DNA from: a virus
Lineage: Duplodnaviria > Heunggongvirae > Uroviricota > Caudoviricetes
Strand: one strand, 5' to 3'
Length of the DNA: 64,000 nucleotides
Virus record (IMG/VR): IMGVR_UViG_3300027692_000003
Shown here: positions 1-8,944 of the stretch, piece after piece
Numbering within the stretch: position 1 is the first letter of the stretch
How the letters are laid out: the number at the start of each line of letters is the position of its first letter
Notes under the pieces: model-generated
What the model was told of the DNA's origin: nothing
The model's input: only the letters and a program-made list of their open reading frames with translations
Database searches by the model: none
Made by a program: the position numbers and the translations under genes

Positions 1-213
1 CTGGTACTCGTCAGGGTCCATGCCCTCGCACCGGTGGGTCTCGGTGAGGGCGGTGAAGGGTGCGAGGCGGCGTCCGCATCCGGATTCGCACTGCCGGGTG
101 GCCTCGGCGAGCATGTCGGCGAGGGCACCAGGCTTGACCTGGGCGGCGAGGTCCCCGAACGGTCCTTCGGTGAACTGGGCGGCGGTGCACAGGGGGGCAG
201 GACAGTCCGCCAT
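1..213 (-). CDS. Putative head-to-tail adaptor/connector (5' part; runs off left edge)
   Basis: Manual translation from ATG at 213: MADCPAPLCTAAQFTEGPFGDLAAQVKPGALADMLAEATRQCESGCGRRLAPFTALTETHRCEGMDPDEYQ. Position downstream of the capsid gene fits a head-completion gene. Confidence 0.6.
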   Translation of the reverse strand, partial: MADCPAPLCTAAQFTEGPFGDLAAQVKPGALADMLAEATRQCESGCGRRLAPFTALTETHRCEGMDPDEYQ

Positions 214-465
214 CGTGACCCCCTGTCACGGTATGGTCACGACTGCGGGGTAAGCGTGCATGCGGCAGCGGCCACGCCATAACCTGCTACCCGGGCAGGA
301 GGAGACTGGCGTCCTTCCTGCCGCGCGGGTGCTGGGGGGAGTCCAGCCCGTGCCCTCCGCCGGTATCAGGAGCGGGCGGAGGGCACACCGCACCCCCCTC
401 AAGGAGGCGGCGTGCCAGTCGGCCAGCGGACCTGGACCCCCCGAAGTCAGGGAATTCCGGCTGCG

Positions 466-609
466 TCAGGTCCGGGAACACGTCCTGGTCCTCGCAGGCC
501 TGCCAGTCTCGGCGAGCTCAACAGCGCACTCGTGACACAGGGCCGGGCCGCCGCACCGGGCCAGCGCACCGTCCGGCCGTGGCGTGACGTGGCCATGGCC
601 GCCCAGCAC
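466..609 (-). CDS. Small Cys/His-rich phage protein (47 aa)
   Basis: Manual translation VLGGHGHVTPRPDGALARCGGPALCHECAVEL... The GHGHV-PRPDG-ARCGGP-LC-EC motif recurs in actinophage small proteins. Confidence 0.5.
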   Translation of the reverse strand: MLGGHGHVTPRPDGALARCGGPALCHECAVELAETGRPARTRTCSRT

Positions 610-613
610 CGGC

Positions 614-913
614 TTACTTCCCGGTTCCGGGCTTGGCGGCGGCCCGCCTCTTCGGTGCCGGCTCTGTCACCGCGTTGACCGGTGCCGGGGAAGGCTCGGT
701 CACCTCGGAGCGGCCTGCCGCCGGCTCGGTAACCTCCGGGTCGTCCGGTTCCGTTTCCGGCTTCTTCTCGGGGATGACCTCGGTGAACCGGGCCGGGTCG
801 ATCCGGAGGAGGTCGGCTGCTTCCTGCGCCGTGACCTCAGCGACGGAGCCCGCAAGCGGCCAGGTGGTCCCGTACGAGGACGCGCCGGGCACGGTGGATC
901 GAATGAACGGCAT
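614..913 (-). CDS. Phage hypothetical protein (acidic, Pro/Glu-rich tail) in head-completion region
   Basis: 99-aa ORF in operon orientation with EVTEP repeats; lies between capsid and adaptor. Confidence 0.7.
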   Translation of the reverse strand: MPFIRSTVPGASSYGTTWPLAGSVAEVTAQEAADLLRIDPARFTEVIPEKKPETEPDDPEVTEPAAGRSEVTEPSPAPVNAVTEPAPKRRAAAKPGTGK

Positions 914-1053
914 GCCGTTACCAGCACTTTCTCACGTAAAGGGGGGGTGCGGCCGGTGCCCCGGCTGTGCGCTCCGGGGCACCGGCGGCCGGGCAAGCAT
1001 AATCCCGGTGCCCGCCAGGGCTACGGCACGGTGAAGGGTGGCGTGAGGACAGG

Positions 1054-1638
1054 TCAGAACAGGGAGGGCTGGGCTGCTGCACGCTGGGCGGGTACGGCGG
1101 CTGCTATCTCCAGGTCGCCGTGCCAGGCGCGGATCCGCTCGCATTTGGCCCGCAGCCGCTCCTGGTCCGCATCCCACACCGGGACCAGCCCGGTGCCGTC
1201 GGCCGGCCACAGCATCGCGGTTTTCCGGCGCCGGCACCGGTCCGTGTTCTCCCGGTGCGTGACCGGCTCAGTGCACCACGGCCCGACATGCCGGCGGTGC
1301 GGATCCCCGGCACCGCCACGGCACTGCAGGTCCGCGGTGTGGCACAGGTGATCCATCTGCAGCCCGGCAGGGATCGGGACGAAGAAATGCTCCCAGGCGA
1401 CCCGGTGCGCGAGCAGTTTCCGCCCGCCGAGGGTGAAGGTGCCGTAGCCGCCCTTGTTGACCCCGGCGGTCCAGATCCAGCATCCGTCAGGGAGTATCTC
1501 TACCTTGGCCAGGAATCTGGCAAGGGTCCTGTCGTCCGTTGCGATCTGCCCCGTCTGCCCCGTCTGGGCGGTGCCCCGTCCCCTAGGAGTGGGTTCACCA
1601 CGTTCCAGGGGACGGGGTACCGCTATGTCCGGGACATC
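1054..1638 (-). CDS. HNH homing-type endonuclease; start codon unresolved
   Basis: Frame upstream of ATG 1356 reads LARFLAKVEILPDGCWIWTAGVNKGGYGTFTLGGRKLLAHRVAWEHFFVPIPAGLQMDHLCH...EPVTHRENT. Frame is open from a stop at 1639-1641; I found no in-frame ATG/GTG/TTG upstream of the domain. Confidence 0.8.
   Translation of the reverse strand, partial: DVPDIAVPRPLERGEPTPRGRGTAQTGQTGQIATDDRTLARFLAKVEILPDGCWIWTAGVNKGGYGTFTLGGRKLLAHRVAWEHFFVPIPAGLQMDHLCHTADLQCRGGAGDPHRRHVGPWCTEPVTHRENTDRCRRRKTAMLWPADGTGLVPVWDADQERLRAKCERIRAWHGDLEIAAAVPAQRAAAQPSLF
1568..1623. repeat. Long inverted repeat/hairpin between capsid gene and HNH
   Basis: gcggtgccccgtcccct (1568-1584) pairs with aggggacggggtaccgc (1607-1623) at 16 of 17 positions, with a 22-nt loop. 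Confidence 0.85.
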
Positions 1639-1703
1639 CTACCAGGGTTGCCGGTTCTGTGTTCACATCGAACGAAGCACCATCGTTGCTGGTAGAAGAC
1701 CTT

Positions 1704-3077
1704 TCAGACCGCGACTCCGACCCGGCTTAGCCTGCCCAGATAACGAGTGGCCCGGGTCGCGAGGCACATATCCCCGATCAGCGCATACGGCAGCGTGTCC
1801 GGTGCGCTCGTGGTGGGATACACGTCCACAGGCATGCAGTCGCGCACCCAGGGGCGGATGATGTTGTTCCGGTCCCGGGATACCAGGTAGATGTTCTCCA
1901 GGCCGCTGGCGAGCGGGTACATCCCGGTGTTGGTGCCGTAGTACTGGATCGGCAGGGTCGCCGGGACCGTCGCGCCGTTCTGCGGGACCAGGGCCGCGCC
2001 GGTGTCGATGATCGACGTGGTGGTGTAGGGGGTGACCCCGTCGGACTGCAGCGCGAACGCCGCGTCGACATACCCCAGGAACGTCTCACCGCCGGATGCG
2101 GTACCGCGGTACACCTTGTAGGTGATCGCGGCCTGGGAGTCCTGGCCGGTCGGTGCCGAGAACGACAGGGTGATCGTGCTCGTTGCCGTCCCGGACCCGG
2201 ATTCCTGCGACACTTCCGCGCAGGGCAGGATCTCACCCTGACGGGCGATGACCGGGGAGATCTTGTAGTAGTACGTCGTCGACGCCGCGATGGAACCGCC
2301 GGTGGTCGCGGTCGTGGTCGTGACCGCGCCCATGGCATAGTTCCGGCTGGACAGGAAGCTCGTCTTGACCAGGGGAATGTCGCGGTAGGACGGGACGAGG
2401 AGACCAGCCTCGATCTCCACCTTGTCGTTGAACCGCTGCTGGTTCAGGAGCAGCTGCGCCACCTTGGAATGCGCGGTGTTCGACGCGACGATCATCCACG
2501 AGTCGTCGAACACGCTCATGGCGGCGTTCGACTCCACCATGTCGATCAGCTCATCGAAATGCGCGAGGGTCAGGGAGTTGCCGCCCTTGTCGATGGCGTT
2601 CTGGTACGCGCCGGAGTACTGGCTGATCTGGGTGTCGAACCCGTCGAACTGCGGGTGGGCGCCGTTGAGGGTGGATGCGGCGTTACCCCAGCAGATCGCG
2701 GTTTCCGCGTCCCAGTAGTAGCCCCGGATGGAGCCCTCGATTTCCGTCTGGCGCAGGTCCCCGATGACCTGCTGGGTGACTTCCTGCGCGAACCCGGTCA
2801 CGGCACCCACGACCTGCAGGTGAGCCATGTTGAACGAGTTCTGCACGAACGTCGAGTTGGTGACGGGCTGCGCGCCGCCGTCCTGGACGAAGCCGCCGTT
2901 GGCGACCTGGGTCCGCTGGTTGAAGTAGTACGTGTTCGATCCCCACCGCTGCGCCGGGATGGCGCGTACCAGGGGCGCGTAGCGGCGCTGGTACTCCAGG
3001 AGGATGGGGTCGATGATCTTGGGGATAAGGGCGGACGCGCCTGCGGCGGTCAGTGCTTCCCTGAGTTCGGAACTCAC
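1704..3077 (-). CDS. Major capsid protein with inserted Ig/FnIII-like domain
   Basis: 457 aa, directly downstream of protease/scaffold. N-terminus ALIPKIIDPILLEYQRRYAPL... is capsid-like. Internal beta-rich insert (TYYYKISPV...TITLSFSAP...YKVYRGTASGGETFLG...IIDTG). Confidence 0.85.
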   Translation of the reverse strand: MSSELREALTAAGASALIPKIIDPILLEYQRRYAPLVRAIPAQRWGSNTYYFNQRTQVANGGFVQDGGAQPVTNSTFVQNSFNMAHLQVVGAVTGFAQEVTQQVIGDLRQTEIEGSIRGYYWDAETAICWGNAASTLNGAHPQFDGFDTQISQYSGAYQNAIDKGGNSLTLAHFDELIDMVESNAAMSVFDDSWMIVASNTAHSKVAQLLLNQQRFNDKVEIEAGLLVPSYRDIPLVKTSFLSSRNYAMGAVTTTTATTGGSIAASTTYYYKISPVIARQGEILPCAEVSQESGSGTATSTITLSFSAPTGQDSQAAITYKVYRGTASGGETFLGYVDAAFALQSDGVTPYTTTSIIDTGAALVPQNGATVPATLPIQYYGTNTGMYPLASGLENIYLVSRDRNNIIRPWVRDCMPVDVYPTTSAPDTLPYALIGDMCLATRATRYLGRLSRVGVAV

Positions 3078-3109
3078 GGCGGTTTTCCTCTCCGGGCATG
3101 AGAAAAGCC

Positions 3110-3143
3110 CCGGCGCGGTAGTGCGCAGGGGCTAGACCATTGC
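3110..3143 (-). terminator. Intrinsic terminator-like hairpin just upstream of the major capsid gene
   Basis: Minus strand agcccctgcgc-actacc-gcgccggggct followed by tttctc. Confidence 0.55.
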
Positions 3144-3296
3144 TGCCGGATCGGCACCAGGCAGAGCTCATGCCTGCTGGCGGTCAGGAGTTACACAGAT
3201 CGGTAAAAGCGGGGGTGCTGGTGGTGGTTTCCCCGGTGCCCGGCCGTGACAGTGCCAGGCACCGGCACCGGGGAACGCCTCCGGCCGGGGCCGGGG

Positions 3297-5417
3297 TCAG
3301 GCAGCCGGGCGGGACTTGTCCCGGAAGACATGGCCGAGCATCACGGTCCCGGCATGCTGGGTCCACTCGCTCTTGGTCATCTCGTGCGGTGCCTTGTCCG
3401 GGAAGGTGGCCGGCATCCCGTGCGCGTTCAGGCCCTCCTCCGGAGGGGTCTTCGCGGTGTGCTCGCTCACCGCGCCGCCCGCGGCCAGGCCCTTGCGGGC
3501 ACCGAGGCCGCCCGGCTGCTGGGTGAGCCGCTGGACTTCCTCGGTGACGCGCTCGCTGACGAGCCGGCCGATCCGCTCCGCCTCGGTTTCCGTGACCGCC
3601 GCCGCGGCGGCTGGTGCCGGGTCGGCTGCGGGGGCGGGGGCGGGCGCCGCCGCGGGCGCGGACTCCTGCGCCGGGGCCACGGGCGCCGGCCCGCGGGCTG
3701 CGGCGAGGAGCTGCGCGAACTGGTCACTGGTCAGCGTCACAGCTGCTGGTGCCGCTGTCTCCGTGGTGGCCGGGGCTGGGTCGGTGGTTGGGGCAGCGGT
3801 CTGCCCGGCCGCCTCACTGGTGGGCTCGCTCACAGCGGGCTCCTCTCCTTCGGGGGTGGCGGCGGCCGGATCGGGCGCCGGGGTATCGGTGGACTCTGCC
3901 GGGGGATCCGGCTCCGGGCCCTCGTCCGGGGCGGTCTCCGCCGCGCCGGCTGGCCCGGTCCCGTCCGGGCCTGCCGGTACCGGTGCAGGCTGCCCGGCCG
4001 GGGGTTCCGCCGGGGGTTCCGCCGGGGGCAGGCCGATCCCGGCCCGGAACTGGTTCAGGGTCCAGTCGCCGGACCGTTCACGGAGCTCACGGAACGTCGC
4101 CAGGTTCGCCGCGTCCTCCGCCGGCTCAGCGGGTGCGTCACCGTTGGGGTCGGAGTTCGGTCCGACGCCGGGCACGTCGACGTCACCGTCCATGTCGGGG
4201 TCGAGGGCGGCCAGTGCCTTGCAGGCGGCGTCCGCGGCGGCGCGGAGGATGACGTCCAGGTCGGCGGGGTCCATGCAGTACGACGACAGGTCCATGGTGA
4301 CCGGTCCGTTCGACGCACGGACACACCACGAGCCCGCGGTGGACGGGTTCCCGCCCATCCACTCGGTGACCGCCTCGGAGACCTGCCAGGCAGGGGCGAT
4401 CGTCCAGCCCTCAGCGGCGACGGTGACACCGAAGCCCTTGAGGGCCTTGATGATGCGGCCCTTGACCCGCTTCAGCTGCGCCGGGGTGTACGCCTTGGCG
4501 TTGTCACCCTGATTGATGAAGGACCACGCCGCTTTCGCTAGAACTTTCGAAGACACGTCGTAGCGCTGCTTCTTGTCCGCCTGATAGCCAGGGTCGGCCC
4601 AGACGTGGCCGGCACCGGACAGGCCAGAGTCCCGCTTGCCCATCGGCACCGTCGCCGAGGCCTCGGCCAGGCCGTTGCGGAGCACCGGGACAGGCTCGGC
4701 TGCGAGCAGGTCCCGGTAGGCAGCGGCGAGCCCGGCGAGAGCCGCTGCCGCTTTCGGATCGGCCGCGGCGATCCCTTCCGCCAGTCCGGTGGCGAGGGCC
4801 GCCCCGGGCCCGGGGGTTTCCTCGGTGAATGTCACCAGTGCCTCCGGGGCTGTCTCGGTGATGAGCACGCGGTCATCGGTTTCCGCCGTCTCGGTGGCGC
4901 CGCCGGCTGTGTCCTTCGCCCAGGCGAACGCGTCGATCCTGGCGCCCGGAACCCCCGGTGACTTCGTGTAGTCAATTCCGTACAGATTGAGATCGTCGGC
5001 GACCTCGACCGGCGACCCATCCGGTCCTGTCTCGCGGCGGACCTTCCCCACCCACGCACCCCGGATCGAGGTGTTCCGCAGGTAGGCGGGCCGGCCGTCG
5101 CTGGTGTCGACCAGGGCGGCGATCGTCCGGCCATGCTCGGTGTCGGCGATGTCCGCGGTGTACCGGGCTGACCCGTCCTCGGCGAGGGTCATCGAGGTGA
5201 CCCGCCCCGTGATCCTGGTCGAGTCATCCTCGGCCGCGTGATGAGTCAGGTTCGTCAGCGGCTCCTGCTGGCCGGTGAGATACATGCCCTCGCCGCTGAT
5301 CTGCTCCTGTGCCCGTGCGACCATCCGGGCGATCGCCTCACGGGTGTACAGGCGCCGGTTCAGGGAGACGCCGGGGACCAGCGCCACACCGCTGACGGTT
5401 GCTATGCGCCGTGCCAC
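3297..5417 (-). CDS. Prohead protease/scaffold fusion protein
   Basis: 706 aa. N-terminal protease-like region (GVSLNRRLY..., TSIRGAW...IDYTKSPGV), central DUF6582-like WADPGYQADKKQRY...AAWSFINQ domain, long Ala/Pro/Glu scaffold-like C-terminus; precedes capsid. Confidence 0.8.
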   Translation of the reverse strand: MARRIATVSGVALVPGVSLNRRLYTREAIARMVARAQEQISGEGMYLTGQQEPLTNLTHHAAEDDSTRITGRVTSMTLAEDGSARYTADIADTEHGRTIAALVDTSDGRPAYLRNTSIRGAWVGKVRRETGPDGSPVEVADDLNLYGIDYTKSPGVPGARIDAFAWAKDTAGGATETAETDDRVLITETAPEALVTFTEETPGPGAALATGLAEGIAAADPKAAAALAGLAAAYRDLLAAEPVPVLRNGLAEASATVPMGKRDSGLSGAGHVWADPGYQADKKQRYDVSSKVLAKAAWSFINQGDNAKAYTPAQLKRVKGRIIKALKGFGVTVAAEGWTIAPAWQVSEAVTEWMGGNPSTAGSWCVRASNGPVTMDLSSYCMDPADLDVILRAAADAACKALAALDPDMDGDVDVPGVGPNSDPNGDAPAEPAEDAANLATFRELRERSGDWTLNQFRAGIGLPPAEPPAEPPAGQPAPVPAGPDGTGPAGAAETAPDEGPEPDPPAESTDTPAPDPAAATPEGEEPAVSEPTSEAAGQTAAPTTDPAPATTETAAPAAVTLTSDQFAQLLAAARGPAPVAPAQESAPAAAPAPAPAADPAPAAAAAVTETEAERIGRLVSERVTEEVQRLTQQPGGLGARKGLAAGGAVSEHTAKTPPEEGLNAHGMPATFPDKAPHEMTKSEWTQHAGTVMLGHVFRDKSRPAA

Positions 5418-5458
5418 CGGCGTACCTCCTCTGCTTCGTCCTCTTGGTCCGGGCCGGG

Positions 5459-5818
5459 TCAGGAGTAGCCGATGGTGACGGCACCGGACGTGATGGTCCC
5501 CGACGGGTTGGAGAGGTAGACGCCGCTGACAGCGGGCAGGTCGATCGTGATCACCGTGCCGGCGACGTTGAGCGCCGTCGTGGCGACGGGGAGGCTGTAC
5601 AGGAGAGTGCCGGACGCGGCGGACACGCTGTCGTACAGCGACAGGACCCCGCCGGACCCGGCGAGGGCGGTGGTGACCACCAGCTTCAGGACCCGGCCGG
5701 GGCTGCCCTTGATCACCTGCCCGGTGAGGGCCGAGGTGAGGGTGACCGGGGTCGTGAACGCTGCCTGGCCCGGGTAGCCGGCATCGTCGTAAGTGGTGGT
5801 AATACCGTTCTTGGCCAT
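5459..5818 (-). CDS. Small beta-rich virion structural protein (possible head decoration)
   Basis: 119 aa, Thr/Gly/Ser-rich, within head operon. Confidence 0.6.
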   Translation of the reverse strand: MAKNGITTTYDDAGYPGQAAFTTPVTLTSALTGQVIKGSPGRVLKLVVTTALAGSGGVLSLYDSVSAASGTLLYSLPVATTALNVAGTVITIDLPAVSGVYLSNPSGTITSGAVTIGYS

Positions 5819-5896
5819 GGGGAACTGACCGCCTTCCTAGCGGCTCGTGATGTGCGGGGGGACAGGCGGCCTAGGGGGCCGGGGAACGGGCGGCGG

Positions 5897-6310
5897 TCAG
5901 CGGCCGAACAGGGCGATCCCGGCACCGGTGAACGACCCGGTGCCGGCCGTCCACGCGATCTGGCCCCACATGGGCAGGACGAAGTTCGCGGTGGAGTAGC
6001 CGTGCATCCCGCCGGACACCCATTTCCCGGTGCTGCTCGCGGTGATCGCCGTGGTGGTCAGGAGGGGCCCGAACAGGTTCCCCTGGTCGTCATAGACGTT
6101 GAGTACGGCGACCAGGGACGGTGCGCCGCCCGCCGCGGTGCCGCCGTAGACGGACAGCCACACGTCGGTGACGTCCCGGAGGTCCACGGGGGTCTGGGCG
6201 GACGGGACACCCTGCCACGTACCGGAGTTCCCCGCCGCCGCCAGGGTCGTGGACGGCCCGGCGCTGGTCAGGGACCACAGGAGGCGGGCACACGGGTTGT
6301 AGATCGTCAC
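5897..6310 (-). CDS. Beta-rich virion structural protein
   Basis: GTG start at 6310 (VTIYNPCARLLWSLTS...); 137 aa, Thr/Gly/Ala-rich, within head operon. Confidence 0.6.
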   Translation of the reverse strand: MTIYNPCARLLWSLTSAGPSTTLAAAGNSGTWQGVPSAQTPVDLRDVTDVWLSVYGGTAAGGAPSLVAVLNVYDDQGNLFGPLLTTTAITASSTGKWVSGGMHGYSTANFVLPMWGQIAWTAGTGSFTGAGIALFGR

Positions 6311-6368
6311 GTAACCCAGCTCCCTGGCTGCTTGTCGTGCGGAGTCCCTGGACGGCGGGCTGGCTGCT

Positions 6369-6593
6369 TCACGGTGACGGGCTGGCCATCCGCGCGGCCT
6401 GGACCGCTGCCGCGTCCGGTGACTGCACGGGACGGCGGGGTTTTTCCCGCCACCGGTACGGCCGGAACTGGTTCGCGACCCGGACCGGTGCGATGAAGAT
6501 GGCCTGGTGCGGTGTCCCGGCCCAGATGGCCCGCCCGGCGAGCTGCCCTTCCCTGGACAGGCGAAGGACATCCGGCTCACGCAGATGCGGCAC
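6369..6593 (-). CDS. Hypothetical protein
   Basis: 74-aa ORF starting 4 nt after the previous stop, in operon orientation. Confidence 0.4.
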   Translation of the reverse strand: MPHLREPDVLRLSREGQLAGRAIWAGTPHQAIFIAPVRVANQFRPYRWREKPRRPVQSPDAAAVQAARMASPSP

Positions 6594-6596
6594 CTG

Positions 6597-8090
6597 CTAT
6601 CCCCCCAGCCCGAGGAACGATGCGGGGATCCGGCTGCGGGATACGAGACGGCACCTGCATCCGGGATGGCACGGGTACGCCGGGACCGTACTGGGGCTGT
6701 AGGGGCCGCCGTCCGCGTTGTCCTGGCATGCGGCACACGCGGACGCGCCCGCTTCCCAGGTGACCTCGATCAGGGCGCCGGTGACAGCAGCGGCCACCCG
6801 CCGCCACAGGGACAGTGCACCGCCGCCGATCGCGGCCCAGAGCCCGTTCCCGCCGAGGACGGCAACAGCCCGGACCTCGGTACCGCCCGCCGTCTGGACT
6901 GCGGCGCCCAGCATGTCCTCATAGGTGCCGTCGTCGGCGGCCTGCTTCGCGAGGACCCGGGCCAGGTCCACGGCCGCACCGGTGATGATGACGTCGAGGA
7001 GGTCCCTGGCCCGCCCCGGCAGCCCAGGATCGGCGGCGAGCCGGTCATACGCTGCCTGATAGGCGGCATCGGTGCCGAACCCGGTGTGGCCGTCCTGGGC
7101 CGCTGCCATCGCGAGTGCCCCGGCTTCGCCTTCCGCGGCGGCAGCCAGCAGTGCCGTCTCTATGGCGGCGAGGAGGGTGTCATGGCCGCGGGACTGGTAG
7201 ATGCCCCGCAGCCAGCCCAGCGCCACCGCGGTGGCCTCGGTCCTCCAGAACTCCTGGTCCGCGCTCTCGCGGGGGAGGTAGATGGCGGCCCGGTAGCGGG
7301 AGATCAGCTTCCGGGTGTTCAGGGAGTGGATGCAGGTACGCCATGCGTCCAGGATCACTGCGAGATGCGCGGCGAGGAGGGTGCCGGCGCGGGCCTGGAT
7401 CGCGGCCTGCTGGCCTTCGAGGAGGCCGATCGCCAGGATGGTCTCCAGGACAGCCGGGTCATCCCAGTGGCTGACGGCGAGGGCGGCGGCGGCGGTGCAC
7501 CCGGCGCGTACCCGGGGAGTCATCGGGCCGCCGGACAGTGCCCACCCTGCCGCGTATGCCTCGCGGGCCGCGGAAACCACGGCGGCATCGGGCTGTTCGC
7601 TGGCCGCGAACGGGTAGTCGGTGCGGTCGCTTCCGTGCATCACCGAGACCGCGGGGAAAGTCACCGGGATGGTGGCGAGGCGGCCGACCGGGTCCTCGCC
7701 GTCCGGGCCGAGGTAGGTGAGGGTCAGGTGCGGGCAGTACCCGTAGACGGACGGGGAGGTGATCCCGCGGGCACCCAGCCGGTCCGCGGCGTCGCGGTGC
7801 AGGTCGTCGAGGGCGGGTGAGCTGGCCAGGGCGACGATGACGTCCTGGTCCCCGCCGGTGAAGCGGGCGTGGCCGGAGATGACGGCGGTTACCGGATCGC
7901 GGCGGGCGAGGATCTCAGCGACCGCCTTCAGCGCCTGCGGGTCCACGCCGGCGGCGTCGCCGGTGTAGATGACGGTGCAGTGCAGGTCGCTGGCGTGGAG
8001 GCCGCCCGGGATGGCGAGGTCGGCGGCGAGGTCGGGTGGCGGGTAGAGGGCGATCATGCAGGACCCGGAGTAGTCAGGCTGGTCCGCCAT
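6597..8090 (-). CDS. 2H phosphoesterase (Acb1/2'-5' RNA ligase-like) fused to Mu-gpF-like minor head protein
   Basis: Start MADQPDYSG at 8090. Two HxT motifs (LHCTVIY, PHLTLTY) in the first ~160 aa; C-terminal CAACQDN...PAYPCHPGCRC typical of head-morphogenesis proteins. Confidence 0.8.
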   Translation of the reverse strand: MADQPDYSGSCMIALYPPPDLAADLAIPGGLHASDLHCTVIYTGDAAGVDPQALKAVAEILARRDPVTAVISGHARFTGGDQDVIVALASSPALDDLHRDAADRLGARGITSPSVYGYCPHLTLTYLGPDGEDPVGRLATIPVTFPAVSVMHGSDRTDYPFAASEQPDAAVVSAAREAYAAGWALSGGPMTPRVRAGCTAAAALAVSHWDDPAVLETILAIGLLEGQQAAIQARAGTLLAAHLAVILDAWRTCIHSLNTRKLISRYRAAIYLPRESADQEFWRTEATAVALGWLRGIYQSRGHDTLLAAIETALLAAAAEGEAGALAMAAAQDGHTGFGTDAAYQAAYDRLAADPGLPGRARDLLDVIITGAAVDLARVLAKQAADDGTYEDMLGAAVQTAGGTEVRAVAVLGGNGLWAAIGGGALSLWRRVAAAVTGALIEVTWEAGASACAACQDNADGGPYSPSTVPAYPCHPGCRCRLVSRSRIPASFLGLGG

Positions 8091-8153
8091 GCCAGCCTCC
8101 CCGCGCTCAGGAACCGGGGGACTGCCAGCTGCTCTGAAGCACACACAAGACAG

Positions 8154-8205
8154 GTGGCTTATTGTCGTGATTCTCTTGACAATAAGCCACGCGGGTAACT
8201 AGGCT
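8154..8205 (+). promoter_or_regulatory. Sigma70-type promoter overlapped by a 13-bp perfect inverted repeat
   Basis: gtggcttattgtc (8154-8166) / gacaataagccac (8178-8190); TTGACA at 8176-8181, 18-nt spacer, TAGGCT at 8200-8205. Confidence 0.7.
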
Positions 8206-8241
8206 GACCAGCACAGGAACCGCACCCGCAGGAGGCAGAAG

Positions 8242-8445
8242 ATGAGCGTCATCACCGAGGACCGGACCGCCGGCAGCCGCACGATCAGCGAGGACGACGC
8301 CCGCGCCGCCGCCGCGATCCTCGACCAGATTTACAGCGGTCACGCCGAGCAGGCCGACCAGCTCGCCGAGCAGGCCGGCCTCGGGGACCTGTCCGAGACC
8401 CAGCTGGAGCACCTGTGCGGCTTCTTCGGCGTGCCCCTGATCTAG
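8242..8445 (+). CDS. Small acidic hypothetical protein (counter-oriented cargo gene)
   Basis: 67 aa, RBS aggagg, own promoter. Confidence 0.7.
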   Translation: MSVITEDRTAGSRTISEDDARAAAAILDQIYSGHAEQADQLAEQAGLGDLSETQLEHLCGFFGVPLI

Positions 8446-8723
8446 GCGGGGCCAGGCGCGATCCGGGTGACGGTGTGCACCACCGCCCCGAGGTCCGCGA
8501 CCGCACCGTTGAGGGCGGTCAGGTCCAGGGCCGGGTTCGCTGCCTGCAGGGCCGCGAGTTCCGTCTCGATCTTCCCCGCCGCCACCCCGAGCGCATCGAC
8601 CCCGGCGGCGATCCCCGTCACCCTGGCCGCTAGGTCCGCCTGCCCCGACAGGAGCTGGACTATCCTGCCGTCGATGGCTTCGAGGAGCTGCTGGACGTTA
8701 CGGCAGCCGATCACGTACCCCAC
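8442..8723 (-). CDS. Hypothetical coiled-coil protein
   Basis: 93 aa with heptad-like Leu/Ala pattern. Confidence 0.6.
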   Translation of the reverse strand: MGYVIGCRNVQQLLEAIDGRIVQLLSGQADLAARVTGIAAGVDALGVAAGKIETELAALQAANPALDLTALNGAVADLGAVVHTVTRIAPGPA

Positions 8724-8944
8724 CCGCCGTCCTGTCGCTTTTCAAGCCCGGTAATGAGAAGAGGGGGGCCAGGTGGCGGTCCCGTCCACGCGCCCCGGCC
8801 ACCGGGCTACGGGGGGAAGCCCGCGCGGCCGTGCCGGCTAATTCCGGCTCTGCAGGGAAACGGGGTGATAACCGCCCTTGCCGGCGCGTCGACCCGGCCC
8901 GGTCGTTAACTCTTAACCTGCTCCCTGCGGGATGATGGCAGGCT

